NCBI GenBank assembly: GCA_041497335.1
Contig: JBGQGG010000028.1
Span: 7,586-71,585, forward strand
DNA from: Pyrinomonadaceae bacterium
GTDB taxonomy: Bacteria > Acidobacteriota > Blastocatellia > Pyrinomonadales > Pyrinomonadaceae
Direction: 5' to 3'
DNA: 64,000 bases
Shown here: in pieces, positions 37,730 to 46,819 of the stretch
Position numbering within the stretch: position 1 is the first letter of the stretch
How the letters are laid out: each line of letters opens with the position of its first letter
Program-made: the position numbers and the translations under genes
Notes under the pieces: generated by a model
The model's input: the letters and a program-made list of their open reading frames with translations, nothing else
The model's database searches: none
Told to the model about the DNA's origin: nothing

Positions 37730-37788
37730 GGTATCACCCGGGCCTTCTAGAGTTCTGACCAACTCGATCGTGTCAGCGACTTGACTCT

Positions 37789-38204
37789 CTACCAATGCTT
37801 CCTCACCCATTGAAAGACTCCGTGGTCAGGGTCTCCAATCGCACCAATAAGGTTACTCGCGGAGACGCTGTCCCATAATTCATATCGACTCGATTCTGTC
37901 CAATTGCATGCAATTCCCCATGCTGCCTCAAGTTGTCGATCAGCTTGCGAGTCGGCGTTGAAGAGTTGCTTAAGACCTGCTGTTCCAAGCAAATTCTTGA
38001 GGTTATGCTGATAGATTTCATTCACAAAAGCCTTATCAGGAATGGCGTTTGGCTGAAAAGCCTTCGCGACACAAGCCTTAAGAGCGAGCTCGACCGCGTA
38101 TCCAGCCAGATAATATGCTGAGGAGCGCCCTGCCTGCAGTAAGAGAGGATCGCATCTTGCAACCGGGTTTCCGCGAGCGCTTCGAGGTCAACTTTTGTTA
38201 GCAT
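37789..38204 (-). pseudogene. HEPN domain gene disrupted by a frameshift
   Basis: ATG at 38204 gives MLTKVDLEALAETRLQDA. Another frame then reads LLLQAGRSSAYYLAGYAVELALKACVAKAF...IYQHNLKNLL...WTESSRYE to the stop at 37789. The shift lies near 38145-38155. Confidence 0.65.
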
Positions 38205-38371
38205 CGAACTCAATTTGAGATACACCCTAAGTCGTGGGCTGGTCAAGTACAAATACTTGCTGATACTTGCTAATTAATTGGGGCCAAGTACCGACTCCAG
38301 AGGCTTTGTTTGGTTCATAACCATGTAACCACAACTCCGGAGCAGGCAAATTCGACTACTTTGAAAGTTTC

Positions 38372-38647
38372 TCAGTAACTCGCCCTCACCGTACTCAGCT
38401 TCGTATTTCCCTGCACTGAACGCCCGCGCCCATCCATCACGTCCACTTCGAATCCCGGAAAGGTCGGACGAAATCTGGTTTCCTTCCAATGCTCGACGGT
38501 GATGTCGCCGGCCGCGGCGTGGCGAAACGGATACTGTGGCAATCCTGCCCGATCGCCGCGGACGTCCGCGCCGCGTAGATGCAGAATGCGTACGTCGAAC
38601 CCTTCGACGCGGCGAATCTTGCGCTCAACATTGGCTATGGTGGACAT
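38372..38647 (-). CDS. hypothetical 91-aa protein
   Basis: ATG at 38647 (MSTIANVERKIRRVEGFDVRILHLRG...). The upstream part of the longer ORF is palindrome-derived. No family recognised. Confidence 0.45.
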   Translation of the reverse strand: MSTIANVERKIRRVEGFDVRILHLRGADVRGDRAGLPQYPFRHAAAGDITVEHWKETRFRPTFPGFEVDVMDGRGRSVQGNTKLSTVRASY

Positions 38648-38709
38648 GCTTTTGCACAAGTCTAATCCAACTCTACGCGGCGGTAAACGACGCGAGTCGG
38701 CTCTGATGG

Positions 38710-38811
38710 TTTCTTTGCGTCTTCCGGTTCTCTCCGCGCCTTTGCGTGAAATGCTTTTTTGCACGGTGACTTTTCACGCAAGGGCGCAAAGAAATGCTTA
38801 AGACGCAAAGG
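38710..38811. repeat. GCAAAG-type stutter palindrome upstream of rlmN
   Basis: TTTCTTTGCGTCTTCC...CGCGCCTTTGCGTGAAATGC opposed to CACGCAAGGGCGCAAAGAAATGCTTAAGACGCAAAGG. Confidence 0.7.
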
Positions 38812-38851
38812 ATGTCTGAGGCAGTCGACGTTCACTGCTCCCAGCCTCCCA

Positions 38852-39970
38852 ATGTTAGAATTTGAACAACCAATGCAACGGATTCATCTCGCAGGTCTAT
38901 CACAGGGAGAGCTATCCGCGTTCGTCGAATCGCTGGGCGAGCCGGCCTATCGCGCACGGCAGATCTTTGCCGGACTGCACCAGCGCCGGCTGCGCTCGTT
39001 TGCAGAGATGACCGACCTGCCGCACGCACTTCGCGCCAAGCTTAGCGAGCGCGCCGTCATCTCGACCCTGACGCTTGAATCACGCTACCTCTCGACGGAC
39101 GGGACGCGTCGCTATTTGTTTAAGACGCACGACAATTTCCCGGTCGAGACGGTTTTCATTCCCGAAGACCGGCGAGACACGATCTGCTTTTCTTCGCAGT
39201 CGGGCTGTCCGCTGCAATGCACGTTCTGCTTGACTGCTCAACTCGGTCTGCTGCGCAATCTAACGGCCGGTGAGATTGTCGAACAGATCATCATGGTCTT
39301 GAACGACGCCTACGGCGTTTCCGTGCAGACCCCGCGCGGCACTAATCTGGTCGGCATGGGGGCAGGCGAGCCCTTTCTGAACTTTGAAGACTTGATGAAA
39401 GCAATTCGAATCATGGCCGAACCTGGCGGGCTTCACATCGTGGCCAATAGAGTAACGGTCTCAACGGCCGGCATTGTGCCACGGATTAGAGAGTTGGCGA
39501 CGATTCCCGATCGGCCGCATCTGGCGGTCTCGCTCGCGGCGCCGACCGATGAGTTGCGCAGCGAGCTGATGCCGATAAATCGGAAATGGCCGCTGAAAGA
39601 GTTACTAGCCGCCTGCAAGGATTTCGAGAAATCGCTGAAGCCAAACGAGCGTTCCACGTTCGAGTACGTGATGCTCGCAGGTGTCAATGATTCGGACGAC
39701 CAGGCGCGCCGGCTGGCGAATCTTCTAAACCGGCACGAGCTGCGCGCGAAAGTAAATCTTATTCCGCACAACCCGGCTGAGCCTTTGCCTTATCATCCCT
39801 CGCCGTCTGAGCGGGTCGAATCCTTTCGCGAGATTCTGGAATCGAAAGGGATTCACGCGTTCGTGAGGAAGCCTCGGGGGCGCGACATTCTGGCCGCGTG
39901 CGGACAACTCGCCGCGCGCCGCGCCCTGGACACGTCCGGCTCAGTTTCGATTTTGCGACAAGCAAGGTAA
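38852..39970 (+). CDS. rlmN: 23S rRNA/tRNA adenine-C2 methyltransferase, radical SAM
   Basis: ATG at 38852. AYRARQIFAGLHQRR, radical-SAM CPLQCTFC, C-terminal DILAACGQL. Confidence 0.9.
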   Translation: MLEFEQPMQRIHLAGLSQGELSAFVESLGEPAYRARQIFAGLHQRRLRSFAEMTDLPHALRAKLSERAVISTLTLESRYLSTDGTRRYLFKTHDNFPVETVFIPEDRRDTICFSSQSGCPLQCTFCLTAQLGLLRNLTAGEIVEQIIMVLNDAYGVSVQTPRGTNLVGMGAGEPFLNFEDLMKAIRIMAEPGGLHIVANRVTVSTAGIVPRIRELATIPDRPHLAVSLAAPTDELRSELMPINRKWPLKELLAACKDFEKSLKPNERSTFEYVMLAGVNDSDDQARRLANLLNRHELRAKVNLIPHNPAEPLPYHPSPSERVESFREILESKGIHAFVRKPRGRDILAACGQLAARRALDTSGSVSILRQAR

Positions 39971-40013
39971 AATCCCGGGCAGTCAAACAGGATGGGGTCT
40001 CATCGAAATCGAA

Positions 40014-40568
40014 ATGAAAACCAGACTAATACATCGAACTATCAATGTCGCGCTGCTGGGCGTTCTGGTTAGTATTCCGGCGAATTTCCAGGCAGCGCCC
40101 GAACCGCAACCGAACATCGACGTCAAGGGCTATTTCTCGAATGACAAGGCGCAGCGCGGGCGCACATTTCAGGCGGCGATCGTGATCGACATTCCGTCCG
40201 GCTATCACGTCAACGCCAACCGGCCGCTGGGCAAGTATGCGATTCCTACTACCTTGAAAATCGAAGCGCCGCGCGGCGTTGCGGTGGCGGCCGTGGTCTA
40301 TCCGCGTGCAATTGTGCGGAAGCTGAAAGCCGTGAACAACGAACCGCTGGCGGTCTATGAAGGCCGCGCTATCCTGCGCTTCAACGTGACCGTGCCGGCG
40401 AACTATCAAGGGGGCGACATGGGTCTGAAAACGCACTTGCGTTATCAAAGTTGCAATGACGAAGTTTGCTTTCCGCCGAAGAACCAGGACGGGAACATGG
40501 GTATCGACGTCGTCGGCGCGAACGATCGCGTGAAGCGAGTTAATGGCTGGGTTTTCGGCGGACGATAG
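40014..40568 (+). CDS. secreted protein with DsbD N-terminal-like (DsbD_2) thiol-disulfide domain
   Basis: Signal peptide; GYHVNANRP...PTTLKIE...VVYP...YEGRAILRFNV...LRYQSCNDEVCFPP matches the remembered PF11412 pattern. Confidence 0.55.
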   Translation: MKTRLIHRTINVALLGVLVSIPANFQAAPEPQPNIDVKGYFSNDKAQRGRTFQAAIVIDIPSGYHVNANRPLGKYAIPTTLKIEAPRGVAVAAVVYPRAIVRKLKAVNNEPLAVYEGRAILRFNVTVPANYQGGDMGLKTHLRYQSCNDEVCFPPKNQDGNMGIDVVGANDRVKRVNGWVFGGR

Positions 40569-40578
40569 TACCCAACCT

Positions 40579-40618
40579 GGTACGGAACTCCGACCTGTCG
40601 GGGTAGCAAGCGGGTAAT
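40579..40618. repeat. REP family GGTACGGAAC.CCGACCTGTCGGGGTAGC.AGCGGGTAA, copy 2
   Basis: Matches 27727-27766 with three mismatches. Confidence 0.75.
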
Positions 40619-40667
40619 TAGTCGGATGGCGCCGGCGAACCTGTCGGCGCTCAGAAAGGAAGTAACA

Positions 40668-41078
40668 ATGAGCGAACAGAACACAGCAATAGCCCAACAG
40701 GCTTACGAGAATTTCAAGACGGGGAATATTCAAGCGCTGCTGGATCAGTTGTCAGACGATGTAACGTGGCAATTGCCGGAAGTCGAAGGCGTGCCGCTGT
40801 CAGGTAAGCGCACGGGCCGCGATAGTGTCAGAGAATTCTTCGCCACGGTCGCACGGGATCAGGAGGTCATCGAGTTTGAACCGCGCGAGTTTGTAGCCCA
40901 GGGCGACAAAGTCGTTTCGCTGGGCCATTACAGGTGGCGTGTAAGAGGCACGGGCCGCGAGTTCGAGAGCGACTTTGCCCATGTCTTTACCATTAGCGAC
41001 GGCAAAGTCACAGGCTTCAAAGAGTACTTCGATTCGGCTACGCTTGCCGCGGCTTATCGAAGAGCGATGACCGCCTAA
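40668..41078 (+). CDS. SnoaL-like / NTF2-fold protein
   Basis: ATG at 40668 after AAAGGAAG. AQQAYENFKTGNIQALLDQLSDDVTW...GKVTGFKEYFD is typical of the ketosteroid-isomerase-like fold. Confidence 0.6.
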   Translation: MSEQNTAIAQQAYENFKTGNIQALLDQLSDDVTWQLPEVEGVPLSGKRTGRDSVREFFATVARDQEVIEFEPREFVAQGDKVVSLGHYRWRVRGTGREFESDFAHVFTISDGKVTGFKEYFDSATLAAAYRRAMTA

Positions 41079-41968
41079 AGCGTGCTCGGTTCGGCGCGCC
41101 CGATCACCGACATCAGTCGCCCAACACGACCGAGCAAGCTTTTCTCGCGACGATAAGAAAAGAAGAGATCGGTCCTATCCATCGTGCATAGCGGCGCGAT
41201 GTGGATTCTTTCCGGACTGACCCCGGCGCCGGCCAACTGATCGCGATTGGCTGTTTGCAGATCGATCCGAGCATGGCCGTCGCGCGTGGGTGTGAAGAGG
41301 TGTCCGGACTGCGGGAAGCGCTCTTTGAATTGATCGATCACTTCGCGGCCAACTTCGTAGCAGCAGGAATTCGCCGCCGGTCCGATGGCGGCACGTAAAT
41401 CTTCCGCTCGGGCTCCGTATTCGCTTTGCAGTTGCTTGATTGCGACCAGGACAACTGATGCTGAAGTGCCACGCCAGCCGGCATGCACCGCAGCGAAGGC
41501 CCCGGTTTTGGAATCGGCAATCAGCACGGGAACGCAGTCCGCAGTCTTGACTGTCAGCAGAATCTTCGGAGTGTTGCTGATCAGGGCGTCACAGCATTTG
41601 TCATCGCCAAGCACGTGTGGTGTCTGTTGCGCTTCCTGCTGATTGTGAACGATGCGCACGTCGGCGCTGTGAACTTGCCAGCAGCCGGTCAGCGTCCAAT
41701 CGCCTTTGAAGAGTTTGAGAAAACGGCGCCGATTCTCGTAAATATTTTCAGCGTCGTCTTCGTTGAATCCGGCCAGGTTGAGCGCCTCGTTCGGCATGGG
41801 ACTAACGCCGCCCAGCCGCGTGGAAAAGGCATTAGTGAAACCTTCTTGTTCCAACGGCGCGCACACCAGGGCGCGCACGCCGTCGCGTTCGTGCCAGTAG
41901 AATCCGGCATTTTGGAGTGCGGCGACTTGTCGCCGCTTTGGTTCACCTTCTTCTATGATCGTTTCCAT
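41075..41968 (-). CDS. pgeF: YfiH/PgeF family protein (DUF152, peptidoglycan editing factor)
   Basis: FSTRLGGVS, HAGWRG, CCYEVG motifs. The nearest usable start is ATG 41968; no start codon lies further downstream before the conserved core. Confidence 0.8.
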   Translation of the reverse strand: METIIEEGEPKRRQVAALQNAGFYWHERDGVRALVCAPLEQEGFTNAFSTRLGGVSPMPNEALNLAGFNEDDAENIYENRRRFLKLFKGDWTLTGCWQVHSADVRIVHNQQEAQQTPHVLGDDKCCDALISNTPKILLTVKTADCVPVLIADSKTGAFAAVHAGWRGTSASVVLVAIKQLQSEYGARAEDLRAAIGPAANSCCYEVGREVIDQFKERFPQSGHLFTPTRDGHARIDLQTANRDQLAGAGVSPERIHIAPLCTMDRTDLFFSYRREKSLLGRVGRLMSVIGRAEPSTL

Positions 41969-42335
41969 TGGCATAGACATTATCGAAGTTCGGCGCGTGC
42001 GTGAAACCATCGAACGCACGCCGCGGTTCGCTGAGCGGGTGTTCACTGAAGCCGAACGGGCCTACTGTGAATCGCGCGGCGCGGTCGCCGCCCAACATTA
42101 TGCCGCGCGCTTCGCGGCAAAAGAAGCGGCGCTGAAGGCCTTGCAGACCGGTTGGAGCGGAGGCATCGGTTGGCAGGACATCGAAGTGTCGGCCAAAGAA
42201 TCAGGCGCGCCGGTTGTTTTCTTCCACGGACGCGCGCGCGAACTCTACGAACAATCGGGCGCAACCTCAGCGCACGTTTCAATCGCCCACACCACCGAGC
42301 ACGCCATAGCGCAAGTGATTTTGGAGAAGAATTGA
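41955..42335 (+). CDS. acpS: holo-[acyl-carrier-protein] synthase
   Basis: MIVSIGIDIIEVRRV...ARFAAKEAALKAL...HVSIAHTTEHAIAQVILE. Confidence 0.9.
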   Translation: MIVSIGIDIIEVRRVRETIERTPRFAERVFTEAERAYCESRGAVAAQHYAARFAAKEAALKALQTGWSGGIGWQDIEVSAKESGAPVVFFHGRARELYEQSGATSAHVSIAHTTEHAIAQVILEKN

Positions 42336-42347
42336 TAGGACTCACTT

Positions 42348-43163
42348 ATGTTTTCGAAAGTTGAGATCATACAGTTTGCCAAAACATACGGCACGCTGAT
42401 TCTTTCGATCTACGGTGTGCTGCAGGTCTGGGCCATCGCATTGTGGAAGAAGTTTTTCCGGGTAGGCAAGATCACTATTTTCGAAACGAGCGTGATTGAA
42501 ATTGGTCTTAGCAACTTCGGCCCGACAGTTAGTCTCAATGGAACGTTGCAAGCTTTGAGAAAGGACGTATTCGTGAGAGAGATTGGGCTCTCGCTTACCA
42601 GCGAAACCAATTCAGGAGAGACACTCCTTGAATGGACCGCTCTTAGGTCTCCTCAGATAAAGATCGGTGACCCGATGGCCACGACTGTAGAGCTACCATC
42701 AGGCGTCAATGTGCGAACGGATCAACCCTTGCGCTATCAAATTGTTTTCTCCAAGAGGCGAATTCTGATTCAAATAAATCAGCAATTGAATCTTGTAGTT
42801 AACGAATGGAAGCAAAATGTAACCAGCAAACAGAATAGAATTGGAAAGCTCAAGGCAAGCGGTGTTGCTGATGAAACCATCACCGAACAAATATTCAGCG
42901 AGTTCCTGGCATCCTCGGCGTCAGTAAAGTCCTTTTTGGAACAACACAGCGCCGTGAACTGGTGGCGTCCTGGCAGATACCGAATGAGAATGATTGTAAA
43001 GACGGCGTCGCCCGATAGGACATTCCCTAAAGTATGGGACTTTGTCCTCGATGAGGCAGCATGTCAGGGTCTACGTGGAAATTCTGAGGCGACCTTAAGG
43101 GAACTATGTCTAGGGACCGTCCAATACTTCTTTGCTTATCCTGAATACCTTCCAGTCAACTAA
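42348..43163 (+). CDS. orphan hypothetical protein with one N-terminal TM helix (lower G+C)
   Basis: 271-aa ORF with clean coding appearance. TYGTLILSIYGVLQVWAIALW anchor. No motif recognised. Composition differs from its neighbours. Confidence 0.6.
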   Translation: MFSKVEIIQFAKTYGTLILSIYGVLQVWAIALWKKFFRVGKITIFETSVIEIGLSNFGPTVSLNGTLQALRKDVFVREIGLSLTSETNSGETLLEWTALRSPQIKIGDPMATTVELPSGVNVRTDQPLRYQIVFSKRRILIQINQQLNLVVNEWKQNVTSKQNRIGKLKASGVADETITEQIFSEFLASSASVKSFLEQHSAVNWWRPGRYRMRMIVKTASPDRTFPKVWDFVLDEAACQGLRGNSEATLRELCLGTVQYFFAYPEYLPVN

Positions 43164-43205
43164 TCTCGGATTTAACCAGAAGTAGAGTATCTGACAAGGA
43201 GTGGG

Positions 43206-45773
43206 CTACCGGTTTACCCTAATTTCGTTGACCAAGACTCTTTTCCCACTCTTATCCACATCAACTCGAGTATCCCGCAGCAAAGCGAATTCTCTAGGAG
43301 AATCCTTAGGTCGGTTATTCATCGCGCGCGGGATCTCGGCTTTGGCGACCGTAGGATTCGGCCCGCTCGACTGATCATTGGGCAGAGCAAAATAGATACT
43401 GTGACGAAAGCATTCAGAAGTGGGCGCCTGCGCGGTGGCAATCGCCACGGTCTCGTGCTGAGGACACTTCCCGGTCGCGAGTTCTTCTGTCTCGGGATCG
43501 ATTTCGACGATTGTGATGCCATCCGGCTGTGCAAAAGACTTGCCGCCAAACTCGGGTCGCAGGTCGACGGCGCCCTTCATGAACTCGGTCCAAACCGGCA
43601 GCGCTGCCTCAGCGCCCGTTAGGCCCAACTGTTTGTTGTCATCAAATCCAATCCAAACCGCGCACACCAGATTCGGTGTGTAGCCCACGAACCAGCCATC
43701 GCGCGAAGTGCCGGTCTTCCCCGCGACGGCTGTTTTCGGTATTAGTCCACGAGCGGCGCGCGCCGTGCCGTGATCGATCACACCTTCGAGCATGTCCGTG
43801 ATGATGTAGGCGGACCCAGGTTGAATTATTTGATTCTCGGACGGCTGTATGTCTGGTTGTGCGATGACGTTCGGCTGAATACTCTTCCCGCCATTGGCAA
43901 ACGCAGCGTAAGCCGCGGCTATCTGTAGAGGAGTGACTTCCGTTGTGCCCAGCGCCAGGGCCGGATACGGAACCGGACGCGGCAAGCCGAACTTCAGAAC
44001 AGTGTTGGCTACCCGCGCCAGTCCGGTTTGCATCGCCACATCCACGGTTACGACGTTGAGTGACTTGATCAGGCCGGTGCGCATGGTCACGTCGCGCATC
44101 GAAAAACCGCCGCCGTAGTTCGTGGGTCGATATTTGGATTTGCGATCGTAAGTGAATTCCTGCGGCGCGTCCTTGAACATTCGCAGTGGCGACATGCCGC
44201 TTTCAAGTGCGGCTGCATATACGAAAGGTTTAAAGACCGAACCAGGTTGGCGCCGCGCATCCGTGGCGCGATTGAGTTGTGATTGGCCATAGTCTCTACC
44301 GCCCACCATTGCCAACACATCACCGGTCCTTGGATCGATCGCCACCAGTGCGGCCTGTGGCGTTAGCCCGCGCGGTTGGTAAATCGTGTCCAGATGATCT
44401 AGCTGTTGTTGGATTGCCTGACCGGCCAGCCGCTGCAAATCGAGATCGAGGGTGGTGATGGTGGCAGGCGCATCTTGCGCATGATCCACGGGCGGGTCGA
44501 GCACCCCAGCGGGATTGGCACCCCGGCCGAGCTGGTCGGCCGGGGATCCCGCGCTGCCCCGCTGGGAACCCGGGACGCCCGTGCCACTCTCAACTGTGCG
44601 GTTCACATAATCAATAAAGTAAGGCGCAACCGATTCCCGGGCCGGATCAAAATCGGCGATCTTGAGAGGCTCTTTCGCCGCGATTGCAGCCTGATCCAGA
44701 GGAACAGAGCCGTCGCGCACCATTGTGCCGAGCACGGTGTTGCGACGCGCGCGCGCCGCATCGGCGTGGCGAACCGGCGAATAGCGCGAAGGGCTTTGGA
44801 TCATGCCGGCGATGGTGGCGGCTTCCGGCAGCGAAAGGTCCTTCAACTCTTTTCCGAAGAAAACGCGCGCCGCTTGATCGACGCCGCGAACCCCAACCAC
44901 GCCGCGCTGCCCCAGATAAATTTCGTTGCAATAAAGGGCGAAGATGTCTTCTTTGGACACCCGCCGCTCCAGCGTAAAAGCCAGCATCGCTTCAGCGTAC
45001 TTGCGACGCAGCGTGCGCTCCGGCGTCAGGTAAGTATTCTTGATGAGCTGCTGAGTGATGGTAGAGCCGCCCTGGCCCATACGTTCATCGCCGGCGTTGC
45101 GCAGCAGTGCGCGAGCCACGCCGAAAATGTCCAGGCCGTGATGGTCAAAGAAGCGCCTGTCCTCAATCGAAGTAATTGCCTGAACCAAAACCGGAGGGAT
45201 GTCTTTGAAAGCGAGCTGACTGCGTGCGCCGCCCTTCATCAACGCATCGTTAGTTAGTGATTCTGGCGCCAGCGTGAATGAATCCAGGCTAATCTCGTCT
45301 CCGGTCAATTCGGTGATAAAGCTTTCGCGATCAAAAGTGACTCGCACGATTGAAGGATAGCCCCCGGTGTTGTTAGGACGTAGTTCTACGGCACCTTCAC
45401 GGACTGAGAAACTGCCGTTCCAGACTTCGCTCGAATCATCGCTTTCGATATAACCAGCGCGGCGCAGTGCCGCTGCCAATCCATCGGGCGAAATCTTTTG
45501 TCCGGCGCGCAGCGTTCTCGGGGCTGCATAGATGCCGGCGCGGCTGGTGAGATAGCCATGGGCCAGACGGGCGTCAACAACCTTTGCGTACGAGCGATAG
45601 GAATGAATGAAAAAGGCGCTGAACCAGACTAGCGCTAAGATGAAGATGGCAATCGTGAAGCGAACTTTGCGACCTTGCGCCCCGGCGAGAAACAATCTCA
45701 CGCAAAGACGCAAAGACGCAAAGGAAAGCCCAAACCTAAACCTCGATCTCTCAGAGATTTTCATTAGAAACAC
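43206..45773 (-). CDS. mrcA: class A penicillin-binding protein (glycosyltransferase plus transpeptidase)
   Basis: GT51 motifs EDRRFFDHHG and GGSTITQQL; transpeptidase SVFKP, SLN, KTGT. Start uncertain (ATG 45773 or GTG 45701) because the 5' end is palindrome-derived. Confidence 0.9.
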   Translation of the reverse strand: MFLMKISERSRFRFGLSFASLRLCVRLFLAGAQGRKVRFTIAIFILALVWFSAFFIHSYRSYAKVVDARLAHGYLTSRAGIYAAPRTLRAGQKISPDGLAAALRRAGYIESDDSSEVWNGSFSVREGAVELRPNNTGGYPSIVRVTFDRESFITELTGDEISLDSFTLAPESLTNDALMKGGARSQLAFKDIPPVLVQAITSIEDRRFFDHHGLDIFGVARALLRNAGDERMGQGGSTITQQLIKNTYLTPERTLRRKYAEAMLAFTLERRVSKEDIFALYCNEIYLGQRGVVGVRGVDQAARVFFGKELKDLSLPEAATIAGMIQSPSRYSPVRHADAARARRNTVLGTMVRDGSVPLDQAAIAAKEPLKIADFDPARESVAPYFIDYVNRTVESGTGVPGSQRGSAGSPADQLGRGANPAGVLDPPVDHAQDAPATITTLDLDLQRLAGQAIQQQLDHLDTIYQPRGLTPQAALVAIDPRTGDVLAMVGGRDYGQSQLNRATDARRQPGSVFKPFVYAAALESGMSPLRMFKDAPQEFTYDRKSKYRPTNYGGGFSMRDVTMRTGLIKSLNVVTVDVAMQTGLARVANTVLKFGLPRPVPYPALALGTTEVTPLQIAAAYAAFANGGKSIQPNVIAQPDIQPSENQIIQPGSAYIITDMLEGVIDHGTARAARGLIPKTAVAGKTGTSRDGWFVGYTPNLVCAVWIGFDDNKQLGLTGAEAALPVWTEFMKGAVDLRPEFGGKSFAQPDGITIVEIDPETEELATGKCPQHETVAIATAQAPTSECFRHSIYFALPNDQSSGPNPTVAKAEIPRAMNNRPKDSPREFALLRDTRVDVDKSGKRVLVNEIRVNR
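45664..45724. repeat. GCAAAG-type stutter palindrome inside the 5' end of the PBP1A ORF
   Basis: ACTTTGCGACCTTGCGCCCC opposed to CACGCAAAGACGCAAAGACGCAAAGG. Confidence 0.7.
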
Positions 45774-45866
45774 GAAGAGCCCACCGAGCGATCAGTCTGT
45801 CTAATCAGTTATCCGTATGAAACTACGAATGGAGGCTGAATTCTTGAGGATCCGGTCCGGAGCGGA

Positions 45867-46697
45867 TCAGGCCGCGCTGTTGAGCAAGTGCGTTCTCTGT
45901 TCGATAAGGCTCTTGATGCTATCGATGGATTCCAGCGCTGCTTCATAACCCACTCTCAATAGCTCTTCCGCGCGCCGAGTTTCGTCCCAGCGAATGTGGC
46001 CGACTTTGGGGGTGATGATGAGATCGGCGTCTGCGGCCTCCTGGTTTGAGACGATGCGCTCAACCGCCACGAAGGTTTGGGTGAGGACTCCGAGCGCTGT
46101 GCGCGGCTGATCCATGAACCGGGCGCCGTCTGCGCCCACGTCAACGGCGATTACGATGTCCGCGCCAAGATCCCGTGTGTAACTAATGGGAAGATTTGCC
46201 ACCAGACCGCCATCAACCAGGAGTCGTCCATTGCCGTCCCGCACCGGGACGTAGAAAGCGGGCAGACAGACACTCGCGCGAATTGCGAAGGGCACGTCGC
46301 CCGTATCGCGCATGACGACTGGCGTGCCCTCGTGGAGATCTGTGGCCAGGGCCGCGAAAGGGATTCTAAGTTCTTCGAAGCGCGTCACGGGTAGACTGGC
46401 GCGTAGAAATTTTTCCATACGGGCGTTTGATTGCAGCCCGAGACGCGAAAAGGAGAGCCGGCTCATGTGGCGCCAGCGAAACTTTCGGGCCATCGCTTCA
46501 AGTTGCTCGATGGAGAGACCCGCGGCGTAAGCACCGCCGATCAAAGCGCCGGCCGACGCTCCGGCCACGGCGTCAATCGGAATTGCGTTTTCTTCCAGCG
46601 CGCGCAACACGCCGACATGCGCAATGCCGCGCGCGGCCCCGCCGGAAAGCGCGAGGCCAATGCGGGGGCGATCAGATTTCGACGGCGCGTGGATCAT
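45867..46697 (-). CDS. patatin-like phospholipase
   Basis: GLALSGGAARGIAHVGVL oxyanion loop, GASAGA (GxSxG), DGGL. Confidence 0.85.
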   Translation of the reverse strand: MIHAPSKSDRPRIGLALSGGAARGIAHVGVLRALEENAIPIDAVAGASAGALIGGAYAAGLSIEQLEAMARKFRWRHMSRLSFSRLGLQSNARMEKFLRASLPVTRFEELRIPFAALATDLHEGTPVVMRDTGDVPFAIRASVCLPAFYVPVRDGNGRLLVDGGLVANLPISYTRDLGADIVIAVDVGADGARFMDQPRTALGVLTQTFVAVERIVSNQEAADADLIITPKVGHIRWDETRRAEELLRVGYEAALESIDSIKSLIEQRTHLLNSAA

Positions 46698-46704
46698 AAG
46701 TTTT

Positions 46705-46818
46705 GTCAGTTGTCAGTCGTTAGTGGTCAGTTGTTCGAAGAACAGGTCAAATAGTCCCCATATGACCTATTTCAACAACTTACTACTAACCACTAACCAC
46801 TAACCACTGACCACTGAC
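46705..46818. repeat. stutter palindrome (GTCAGT/GTTAGTGG units) filling the chaperone-patatin spacer
   Basis: GTCAGTTGTCAGTCGTTAGTGGTCAGTTGTT opposed to AACAACTTACTACTAACCACTAACCACTAACCACTGACCACTGAC. Confidence 0.8.
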
Positions 46819-46819
46819 A

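Noticed and set aside
38274-38489. 71-aa ORF that might have been the missing nucleotidyltransferase partner of the HEPN pseudogene
   Set aside because: It has no GSxxRG / DxD-type nucleotidyltransferase motif, and it overlaps the better-supported 38372..38647 ORF in another frame.
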